A DNA stretch of 64,000 nucleotides. Origin: a virus. Location of the stretch: the IMG/VR virus record IMGVR_UViG_3300032050_000122. One strand, 5' to 3'. The position numbers were made by a program, and so were the translations under genes. Below the pieces are notes generated by a model. It worked only from the letters and a program-made list of their open reading frames with translations, was not told the origin of the DNA and did no database searches. Below, in pieces: positions 8,410 through 14,689 of this stretch; position 1 is the first letter of the stretch, and each line of letters opens with the position of its first letter.

Positions 8410-8847
8410 TCATGCTAAGAACACTTCTTGATTCCAATAGGAAGGAACAATTTGTTCTTGAAGGTTCTTATGCATTGCCAAAATTGTGTTGACCGGTACC
8501 TTGTGCGTATTTCTACGCATTGCACGACTAACCGGACACATGTGGTACTTGATCACGTAATCGTGGCCTAATGCTTGAGCGATTCTGACATATGGAGCTA
8601 GTTCCATGAGAGTTGTGTTTGTGTTATCCACAATAAAAAGTGGACAGCGTTTCTCAACGAAGACCGCCGAGATGTAACAACGCAAACACCAATCATGAGC
8701 CTCACCCGCACGCTTAGGGTCGTACTGGTAAATACCATTGACTGTGTGAAAGTCATCAGCCGAGAAGATTTCACAATCTTCACCAGCATAGTTCTTCACA
8801 TAAGTTGATTTACCTGACCCAGGCAATCCTCGCATGATCCAGATCAT
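8410..8847 (-). CDS. P-loop kinase (polynucleotide kinase-like, AAA_33 type)
   Basis: 145 aa starting MIWIMRGLPGSGKSTYVKNY (Walker A) and resembling the T4 Pnk kinase domain N-terminus; RBS AAGGAAAG precedes the ATG. Confidence 0.65.
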   Translation of the reverse strand: MIWIMRGLPGSGKSTYVKNYAGEDCEIFSADDFHTVNGIYQYDPKRAGEAHDWCLRCYISAVFVEKRCPLFIVDNTNTTLMELAPYVRIAQALGHDYVIKYHMCPVSRAMRRNTHKVPVNTILAMHKNLQEQIVPSYWNQEVFLA

Positions 8848-8934
8848 GGTCTTTCCTTAAAAAGTTAATTGGTCCAGAGCCTTCACGGTAACACACCGTG
8901 GCCTGCCCAGCTTAAGCACTCTGGACCAAAAGGT

Positions 8935-9000
8935 ATCGGGGATTAAATCGGTCACAGCTTTTTCTAAGCATGAAGTAACCGTGACCAACGCCACCGAAAG
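8935..9000 (-). promoter_or_regulatory. repeat unit copy 3 (box B 8935-8948, hairpin, box A 8972-9000) upstream of the kinase gene
   Basis: Minus strand CTTTCGGTGGCGTTGGTCACGGTTACTTC ... GCTGTGACCG ATTTAATCCCCGAT; the GGTCAC/GTGACC stem covaries with other copies. Confidence 0.55.
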
Positions 9001-9004
9001 TTTG

Positions 9005-9265
9005 TTACTTGGGCTTCCACTCTTCGGGAATCTTTTCCTTGTCGTTGAAGATGTTGCCCATTCGAATCTTCCAGTCTTCACCTTCGGGAAGACCAGCATG
9101 GCGATACATGGTATCACCCACCATACGCCAAACTCCTGCCTGGGATTCCGGCGGCACGTAAGCCGCTCGTTGCATGATTTGTTTCAAGTCGTTGGCCAAC
9201 GCGACTTCCGTCGGCGGCAGAACTTCTTGAATGACAAACTTCACCAATCGATCAAGGTCTCGCAT
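9005..9265 (-). CDS. hypothetical protein
   Basis: 86 aa; RBS AAGGAAAAG upstream of ATG at 9265. Confidence 0.5.
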   Translation of the reverse strand: MRDLDRLVKFVIQEVLPPTEVALANDLKQIMQRAAYVPPESQAGVWRMVGDTMYRHAGLPEGEDWKIRMGNIFNDKEKIPEEWKPK

Positions 9266-9284
9266 GATTCTTTTCCTTAATAAG

Positions 9285-9402
9285 AGCGGGGATTAAACGA
9301 AATCAGTATTTAGTCCCACACTTGCGGGTTTACGGCCCGTAGTTGTGGGGCTTCTCCGGTCATGGTGGGGAAGTAACTGATCTCAAACGCCACCGCAAAA
9401 AG
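9285..9402 (-). promoter_or_regulatory. repeat unit copy 4 (box A 9370-9402, long structured loop, box B 9285-9298)
   Basis: Minus strand GCGGTGGCGTTTGAGATCAGTTACTTC ... ACTGAT ... GTTTAATCCCCGCTC; ATCAGT/ACTGAT stem. Confidence 0.5.
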
Positions 9403-9403
9403 A

Positions 9404-9682
9404 TCACTTCGTGGGAATCGGCTCAAGCGGACTCGTCGCCAAATGAATGGCAACGTGGTGAATCTTGTTGGTTTCTTTGTCAATGACCCACGACTCCTGC
9501 TCCTGGTAGAACCGATTCAGTTCGAAGATCGCTTCGATCGATTCGAGCCACCACCAAGAGGTTTCGCCTTCGTCGGCAACACCGATCAACCAGCGTGCAT
9601 CGGCGGGCTTACGCCCCACGAATCCTGACACGCGGGAAATTCCTTTGTAAACGACGTTGTCGTATTTCGTTTGCATGTTCAT
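9404..9682 (-). CDS. hypothetical protein
   Basis: Start moved to MNMQTKYD (ATG at 9682) because the longer ORF would run through the upstream repeat unit; RBS AAGGAAatgaacATG. Confidence 0.5.
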   Translation of the reverse strand: MNMQTKYDNVVYKGISRVSGFVGRKPADARWLIGVADEGETSWWWLESIEAIFELNRFYQEQESWVIDKETNKIHHVAIHLATSPLEPIPTK

Positions 9683-9697
9683 TTCCTTAAAAGAAGT

Positions 9698-9763
9698 ATC
9701 GGGGATTAAACGCTTAGGGTTGGCACTTTTAACAGAAGTATCCCTTAGCATACGCCACCGATG
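9698..9763 (-). promoter_or_regulatory. repeat unit copy 5 (box A 9735-9763, hairpin GCTAAGGG/CCCTAAGC, box B 9698-9711)
   Basis: Minus strand CATCGGTGGCGTATGCTAAGGGATACTTC tgttaaaagtgccaa CCCTAAGC GTTTAATCCCCGAT, then RBS and ATG. Confidence 0.55.
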
Positions 9764-9912
9764 ATTGTGAGCCTGGACTGCCATTCATTTATTTAACGCC
9801 CCGGTCCTGGCACCTGGTGCGTCTAACTCTGACGTTCCCATGTAACGCCACGCGAGTGTTGGGTTTTGCTAACCATAAGTGACCACACCAACAGGCCACC
9901 CTTCGATTCCTC

Positions 9913-10161
9913 CTAGAGTTGACCAGCGAGGTACAACAAAGCCGCCTTGAACGCCGCTCGATTGCTGCCGGGCGTCTTGGGAATTTCGTCCATCTTGTTT
10001 GTCATCTCTTTGTAGAGACGGGTCTGTTCGACATCCATCTCTTCGTGAGTCGCGTTCGGTTTCGATTCATACAACTGAAAGAACGTGACGATGGCACTGA
10101 GCGTTTTCAACTGCTGAGCCATCTCTAGGGACAGCGTCAGAATCAAAAGTTCCTTGAGCAT
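9913..10161 (-). CDS. hypothetical protein
   Basis: 82 aa; RBS AAGGAAAtgtctcATG. Confidence 0.5.
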   Translation of the reverse strand: MLKELLILTLSLEMAQQLKTLSAIVTFFQLYESKPNATHEEMDVEQTRLYKEMTNKMDEIPKTPGSNRAAFKAALLYLAGQL

Positions 10162-10188
10162 GAGACATTTCCTTTCGAGAAAGAATGG

Positions 10189-10347
10189 TTAAGGTTCAAC
10201 TGATGCGATGACCCATGACGATAGGACATCAAGGATTCTGTCGGCTTCGTCTTCCGACGTTTCTTGTCCAACGGTTTCCCATTCACCGTGAACAAAGACT
10301 TCAATATGCCAGTTGCCAGAATCGTCGTCCAATCGTTTTCGAATCAT
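10189..10347 (-). CDS. hypothetical small protein
   Basis: Start at MIRKRLDD (GGAG RBS) rather than 10401, which would overlap the upstream repeat unit; 52 aa. Confidence 0.4.
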   Translation of the reverse strand: MIRKRLDDDSGNWHIEVFVHGEWETVGQETSEDEADRILDVLSSWVIASVEP

Positions 10348-10423
10348 CTTGAAACTCCAAAACAGGGGCAAGTAACTAGCGTCAGAACCCCGATGACCCA
10401 ATTACCTACCCCTGTGATTCAAA

Positions 10424-10492
10424 ATCGGGGATTGTTCGCTACGGCTTTTCGTGCAAAGGTAGAAGTAACCGTAGCAATCGCCACCGAAAAAG
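10424..10492 (-). promoter_or_regulatory. repeat unit copy 6 (box A 10462-10492, hairpin GCTACGG/CCGTAGC, box B 10424-10437)
   Basis: Minus strand CTTTTTCGGTGGCGATTGCTACGGTTACTTC ... CCGTAGC GAACAATCCCCGAT. Confidence 0.55.
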
Positions 10493-10628
10493 CATGTACT
10501 CACGTTATCTGTTATTCTCTTCGACCTTCGGCATCATGCGTACTTTCCGAGTCAGACCACGCCGTGAGTACAACCCCATCCTCAAAAGGCAGGGGCGGGC
10601 CAGATGGGGACGGAACCCTTCTCCAGCA

Positions 10629-10838
10629 TCAGGCCGACTTTGCAGTCAGCTTATCCATGTACTTGGCCTTGTTCACGACGCCCCGACGAATCGAAGCGAG
10701 AACTTGGTTGGCACGTTTGACATGCCGTTCCGTGTACGTCTTACCGGCGAACTTCTCGGCGATGACACCTGCATCAAGCAGGGCACCGTCTTTGTCTCGA
10801 CCGAACTTGCTGACATTGGCTTTCGTGATGTTAATCAT
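10629..10838 (-). CDS. hypothetical protein
   Basis: Likely starts at MINITKANV (69 aa). The longer 10629..11003 frame overlaps a better-supported gene in another frame. Confidence 0.35.
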   Translation of the reverse strand: MINITKANVSKFGRDKDGALLDAGVIAEKFAGKTYTERHVKRANQVLASIRRGVVNKAKYMDKLTAKSA

Positions 10839-10872
10839 GGTTAGTGATTCCAATGAGTGTTGGGAAACGGGT

Positions 10873-11124
10873 TTAGGACGCCAGAAGATACACGCCGCGA
10901 GGCTTGTCGAAGACGATGGTCGCGATGACCACTGACTCCTCAACCTCGATGCCTTCGTCATTTTTGACCATTCGATTTTCCTTGACAACCTGTTGGTCGC
11001 CAAAGGCTTTCTTCACATTGGCCCGTCGTTCCGTGACGGCCCGACCGCGACCCGGCCAGATTCCACGAAGGGTAGCTTGACCGTGCTTGCGGCACTTGTC
11101 GATCAGAACTTGCACTTCATTCAT
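10873..11124 (-). CDS. hypothetical protein
   Basis: 83 aa; strong RBS AAGGAAAGtttcATG. Confidence 0.5.
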   Translation of the reverse strand: MNEVQVLIDKCRKHGQATLRGIWPGRGRAVTERRANVKKAFGDQQVVKENRMVKNDEGIEVEESVVIATIVFDKPRGVYLLAS

Positions 11125-11153
11125 GAAACTTTCCTTAAGTAAAGGGACCAGTG

Positions 11154-11221
11154 GGGGCCCGAGGATTTGAACCTCATCTCTGAGTTAAACTCAGGCTCTG
11201 CCAAGTTAAGCTAAAGCCCCA
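11154..11221 (-). tRNA. tRNA with atypical anticodon arm (possible anticodon UUA; or a 5-nt loop)
   Basis: D-arm GCUU-AACUUGGC-AGAGC and T-arm UGAGG-UUCAAAU-CCUCG. Anticodon arm CUGA-GUUUAAC-UCAG gives UUA with a 4-bp stem; the alternative is a 5-bp stem with loop UUUAA. Acceptor has a mismatch and GU pairs. Confidence 0.45.
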
Positions 11222-11224
11222 AAT

Positions 11225-11293
11225 CGGGGAACAAACGATTACGGGGTCACATCAACCAAAAGAAGTACCCGCAATCAAACGCCACCGAAAGCA
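11225..11293 (-). promoter_or_regulatory. repeat unit copy 7 (box A 11264-11293, hairpin GATTGCGGG/CCCCGTAATC, box B 11225-11238) upstream of the UUA tRNA
   Basis: Minus strand CTTTCGGTGGCGTTTGATTGCGGGTACTTC ... CCCCGTAATC GTTTGTTCCCCGAT. Confidence 0.5.
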
Positions 11294-11366
11294 CGACCGG
11301 GTGGAATCGAACCACCAACCTACGGTTTTGGAGACCGTCGCTCTGCCAATTGAGCTACTAGCCGCG
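11294..11366 (-). tRNA. tRNA-Trp (anticodon CCA), acceptor stem does not pair as read
   Basis: D-arm GCUC-AAUUGGCA-GAGC, anticodon arm ACGGU-CUCCAAA-ACCGU, T-arm GGUGG-UUCGAUU-CCACC. The 5' CGGCUAG and 3' CGGUCGU are not complementary, so this may be a pseudo-tRNA or I have misread the boundaries. Confidence 0.5.
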
Positions 11367-11374
11367 TTGTGTCC

Positions 11375-11492
11375 GGGATTAAGTCGAATCAGTATAGCAT
11401 CCTACCATTAGACGACGAAGGCAAGCCCTCGGTGGGATTCGAACCCACATCTCTTCTTTGACATAGAAGTAACCGATTCTAAACGCCACGGA
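11375..11492 (-). ncRNA. candidate YrlA-like ncRNA: box A, then T-arm, closed acceptor-like hairpin and D-arm, then stem and box B
   Basis: Minus strand CCGTGGCGTTTAGAATCGGTTACTTC (11492-11468); T-arm GUGGG-UUCGAAU-CCCAC (11450-11434); hairpin CGAGG-gcuugc-CUUCG; UC; D-arm GUCU-AAUGGU-AGGA (11415-11402); GAUUC pairs with the GAAUC of box A; TTAATCCCGG (11386-11375). Confidence 0.45.
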
Positions 11493-11567
11493 ACTAAGAA
11501 CCAGGGATTAACTGAGTCGGTGCCGCTGTTGCCAAATCTTGCGGCCTCAACACCCTTGCGGATGCTG

Positions 11568-11637
11568 ACAGGATTCGAACCTGCAATTACTTATGAAGTA
11601 TCCGATTCAATCGCCACTGGTAAGTTGTCAGACGATC
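11568..11637 (-). ncRNA. tRNA-like element: acceptor-like stem, box A in place of the D and anticodon arms, and a T-arm
   Basis: Minus strand CUGACAAcuuacCAGUGGCGAUUGAAUCGGAUACUUCauaaguaauuGCAGG-UUCGAAU-CCUGUCAG; box-B-like TTAATCCCTGG at 11514-11503. Confidence 0.35.
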
Positions 11638-11831
11638 ACCACGAGCAGGCCGAGCAGGAACGCGATTTCGTCGGGATGTTCATTCACCACGACGCATTCC
11701 AAATCGGAGTCGACATCGATTCGAGTCCGATTCCCATACTCATCGTCCGCCGGAAGTGGGACCAGAGCGAGGATCATTTCCGGACGAAGCCAAATCGAGT
11801 GGCCAGTCATCGTGCAAGTCAGACGAATCAT
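11628..11831 (-). CDS. hypothetical protein
   Basis: 67 aa, RBS AAGGAA; its 3' end overlaps the tRNA-like element. Confidence 0.35.
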   Translation of the reverse strand: MIRLTCTMTGHSIWLRPEMILALVPLPADDEYGNRTRIDVDSDLECVVVNEHPDEIAFLLGLLVVIV

Positions 11832-11854
11832 GCTGCGTTCCTTAAATGGAGGGT

Positions 11855-12181
11855 TCAGATCAACTCAAGCAGGAACTCTACAGTAAGTTCCAGCCGGTTA
11901 ATCCATTCTTTTGCTTCCGCGAGTTCCTGACACTTTCGCGTCAGTTCCGAATCGTACCCTTCGGGCCGATCCGCAAGTGCTTTCTTGAGCTTATCTCGAA
12001 GATGGCTCAGTTGTTTGGTTTGCATCGCAATGCCTTCATCGCGACGAGCAATCATCTCTTCCATCCGGTTGATTTGAAGCTGACGATCGGTGAGCTTCAT
12101 CATGTGATTCTTGAGCCGCTGACGCATACCCTCAAGAGCCTTAGCTTGGTTCAAAATCACAAGATCATCGGCTGCACTCAT
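11855..12181 (-). CDS. hypothetical coiled-coil protein
   Basis: 108 aa, heptad-rich. Confidence 0.45.
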   Translation of the reverse strand: MSAADDLVILNQAKALEGMRQRLKNHMMKLTDRQLQINRMEEMIARRDEGIAMQTKQLSHLRDKLKKALADRPEGYDSELTRKCQELAEAKEWINRLELTVEFLLELI

Positions 12182-12387
12182 TTGAGCATCTCATAAGTGT
12201 CACCCGCTACAGCAACGGGTATGTGGCGGAGAACCTCGTTCGGGTCCATATCGTTGGCTGCACAACGATTAACAGCGGCGTCAAGGTCGGTCATGATTCC
12301 CCAGGGAGTCACAATCCAAACCGCAAACGAGGTAATCGGAATCGGCCGACCAGTCAACGTGACTGTCTTTGCAACAAGGTCGATCAT
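12178..12387 (-). CDS. hypothetical protein
   Basis: 69 aa, 4-nt overlaps with both neighbours. Confidence 0.45.
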   Translation of the reverse strand: MIDLVAKTVTLTGRPIPITSFAVWIVTPWGIMTDLDAAVNRCAANDMDPNEVLRHIPVAVAGDTYEMLK

Positions 12388-12758
12388 AGGATCAGTTGTC
12401 CTGTTCGGTTGTTGACGGCAATCTTGATTTCACCGTCGAGTTTGGGTGTACCAATCGGGGCGTACGATTCATCCCCTGCGTTGTGTAGCGTGGCACCTGT
12501 CATGGCATCCTTACCTACGACCTCAGTGGGATCAATTACCTTTTTGCCCGGCAAGTATTTGTCAGGGCCACCCTTCTTCATGATTCCACCAAAGCAGGAC
12601 ATGCAGACTTCATAGCCAAAGCCGTCCTTACCACGTTTGAGAATCTTGTAGGGCTTGTCCTTTAAGGACTTGTTGCACATCTTGTTGGCACAACGTCCCT
12701 TACTTTTTGGCGGCTTGAGACTGATTAGCAAGGCGATCCCTCCGTTTTTGTGTTCCAC
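12384..12758 (-). CDS. hypothetical protein (Cys-rich, possible zinc binding)
   Basis: 124 aa with CxxxC...CxxC. Confidence 0.45.
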   Translation of the reverse strand: MEHKNGGIALLISLKPPKSKGRCANKMCNKSLKDKPYKILKRGKDGFGYEVCMSCFGGIMKKGGPDKYLPGKKVIDPTEVVGKDAMTGATLHNAGDESYAPIGTPKLDGEIKIAVNNRTGQLIL

Positions 12759-12845
12759 GCATCAAGGCCCAGTAGCCCGGCACCCAAGGTGTCGGAATCT
12801 TGGCCAGAATTTTTTGCGAATCTTTCACGTCTTTGCAACGCATGG

Positions 12846-12950
12846 TTAACGTCCTTTGATGTTCATGATCAAGACTACGACGCCAACAATCAGGAACGAC
12901 ACGCCCAAGATTATGGCAACAGGCAAACTCATGGTCGGGTTGAGCATCAT
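12846..12950 (-). CDS. possible 34-aa single-TM miniprotein
   Basis: Not on the ORF track (under 60 aa). MMLNPTMSLPVAIILGVSFLIVGVVVLIMNIKGR with GGAG RBS 7 nt upstream, immediately downstream of the tRNA-like element. Confidence 0.3.
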   Translation of the reverse strand: MMLNPTMSLPVAIILGVSFLIVGVVVLIMNIKGR

Positions 12951-12966
12951 AACAAATCTCCAAGTT

Positions 12967-13032
12967 GCGGGGGTGGGCTTCGAACCCACAAACAGGTAGC
13001 TAGCCTTCGCTTTGCCAGTTAGCGTACCCCGC
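12967..13032 (-). ncRNA. tRNA-like element lacking an anticodon arm
   Basis: Acceptor GCGGGG/CCCCGC, 3-bp D-arm CGC-UAACUGGCAAA-GCG, T-arm GUGGG-UUCGAAG-CCCAC, but only AAGGCUAGCUACCUGUUU where the anticodon arm belongs; about 66 nt. Confidence 0.4.
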
Positions 13033-13307
13033 GATAATCCCTCTGGGACCGTAAATCCCAGAGGGCGATAAGCCGGGACGTAGCCCGGTACAAATTGTAC
13101 TCTATCTAACCGAAAAGCACCAGCGGTGTGTTCCGCAAGAATTTAGGTGCCTTCGGCCGATTCTTGCTCCATCGAAAACCTACAACCCAGGACTTTACGG
13201 GTCTCTTGGGCGTCGATAGGCTCAAGGCCGAGTTTGGCGGATAGCCGTAAGCAGACAGCAGACAAACTAAGACGGCTCCGCCGATCAAATCGAACAAGGG
13301 CGACTCC

Positions 13308-14363
13308 TTACTTGGAGACCAAAAGCTTGGTGCCACGCGGCAAGATGCGATTCACGCTCTTGCTCTGAATGAAGATGTCGTAGTTGCCGTGGTTGCCCGG
13401 CACGATCTTGGCGTGCTGGTCACGCGGCAGACCGATTAGGTCGCGGGCTTCGGGGCCACCGTAAATCTTCTTGGTGCGGCCGGTGTTCTTCTCTTGGATG
13501 AGAACCTCTTTCGAGGGCTGAACCTTTTCCGGCTTCACCAACTGGTAGAAGGCCGTACCGGGGATGTAATCCTTGCCGGTCTGGTCTTCCACAAAGTTGC
13601 GGATGATCGATTCGTTGGCGACCGTGAACAGTCGGAAGCTCGCCGCCAAATCGTCGAGTTGCTTCTTGACGTTGACCTTCGAGAGGTCCGGCGTCGCCTT
13701 GAAGAAGCCCTTCGTCTGAGTGATACCGCGGGCACGATTGTCCATGTAGTTGGATACCGCGTTCGAGGTTTCATCACTCATCTTCCGCGTGCCGATCTCG
13801 GTCAGTTCCCACTCGTTGACATTGTCAACCGCAATTCCGAACTGACGACAGAAGATGTCGCGGCGACCGACGGGAAGCTGGAACGCGAACGTCCAGTTGC
13901 CCTTGTCTTCGCGATTCACCATCATCCGTTTCAGGTCGGAAGCCGTGGTGAACACCGAGTTGAGTTCTTCACCGTCCGTAATCGGATGGATCAGGAAGCT
14001 CGTGTTTTCGTCGGTCGGCACGTTGTCGAACAGTGCGATGGCCGAAGCGACGGCATCGAACAAAGCGGTCCCACCACCGGGATTGTAGTTCGTGTGGTCC
14101 AGGTCGGGAATCATGTTCACGTTGGCGTGCTTGAACAGCGGTTCATTCACGCGGTCGTTGAACGTAATCAGGGACACGTAGACATCCTGATTCTTGAGGG
14201 CCGACTTGCGTTGCAGCGTCGCCTTGAGGTTGTTGAATGTCTGCCGAACCGAAGCGGTCAGTCGGCTGTGGCCAATTGAACTGGACGAATCCAGCACGAT
14301 GGCAATGTAGGTCTTCTGCCGGGGCTTGGTGACGCGACGCTTGGTGGTTGTGGTGCGAGCCAT
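13308..14363 (-). CDS. vWA domain protein (second MIDAS protein in the window)
   Basis: N-terminal vWA with IVLDSSSSIGHS (DxSxS), TALFDAV and ITDGEE; about 170 aa of unknown C-terminal domain. ATG at 14363 (MARTTTT); the ORF track extends to a TTG at 14381. Confidence 0.6.
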   Translation of the reverse strand: MARTTTTKRRVTKPRQKTYIAIVLDSSSSIGHSRLTASVRQTFNNLKATLQRKSALKNQDVYVSLITFNDRVNEPLFKHANVNMIPDLDHTNYNPGGGTALFDAVASAIALFDNVPTDENTSFLIHPITDGEELNSVFTTASDLKRMMVNREDKGNWTFAFQLPVGRRDIFCRQFGIAVDNVNEWELTEIGTRKMSDETSNAVSNYMDNRARGITQTKGFFKATPDLSKVNVKKQLDDLAASFRLFTVANESIIRNFVEDQTGKDYIPGTAFYQLVKPEKVQPSKEVLIQEKNTGRTKKIYGGPEARDLIGLPRDQHAKIVPGNHGNYDIFIQSKSVNRILPRGTKLLVSK

Positions 14364-14377
14364 GATTTTGGTGTCCT

Positions 14378-14662
14378 TCAAGAGTGAAATTTTGTGGAAA
14401 GAAATTCGGCGATGGCTTGCTCTAAAGCAGCCATTCGTGATTCGTTGCTAATATGGCTGGCGGTGACTTCTTCACCATTATCGTGGATGAAGATTCCCAC
14501 CGCCGCCCATTTCCGTATGACCGCTTCCATGCTACTCCTTGTTGGAAATCGCATTGCGAAGACCAGCAGCAGCGGCAGCAGCGAGCAGGCTTTGGAAACC
14601 GGCTTCAATCTGTCCGATACTGAACTGATAAACGGCAAGGCCAACGAGACCTGCCACCGCAA
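14378..14662 (-). CDS. hypothetical protein
   Basis: 94 aa ORF. Confidence 0.35.
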   Translation of the reverse strand: MRWQVSLALPFISSVSDRLKPVSKACSLLPLLLVFAMRFPTRSSMEAVIRKWAAVGIFIHDNGEEVTASHISNESRMAALEQAIAEFLSTKFHS

Positions 14663-14689
14663 TGTATGTCTTGTACCCGTTCAACATGG

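Noticed and set aside
8857-9117. 86-aa minus-strand ORF
   Set aside because: Spans the box B/box A repeat unit and overlaps the better-supported 9005-9265 gene; poor composition.
10629-11003. Full-length 124-aa ORF
   Set aside because: The upstream half overlaps the RBS-supported gene 10873-11124 in another frame and is low-complexity; only the MINITK... portion was kept.
7990-11640. Repeated motif region as a CRISPR array
   Set aside because: Repeats are not evenly spaced, are interleaved with genes and tRNAs, and contain internal covarying hairpins rather than identical direct repeats; no cas genes.
12700-12963. 87-aa ORF
   Set aside because: Its start would lie inside the tRNA-like element and it overlaps gene 12384-12758. 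A shorter MRCKD start (12843) is possible but overlaps by 59 nt; not called.
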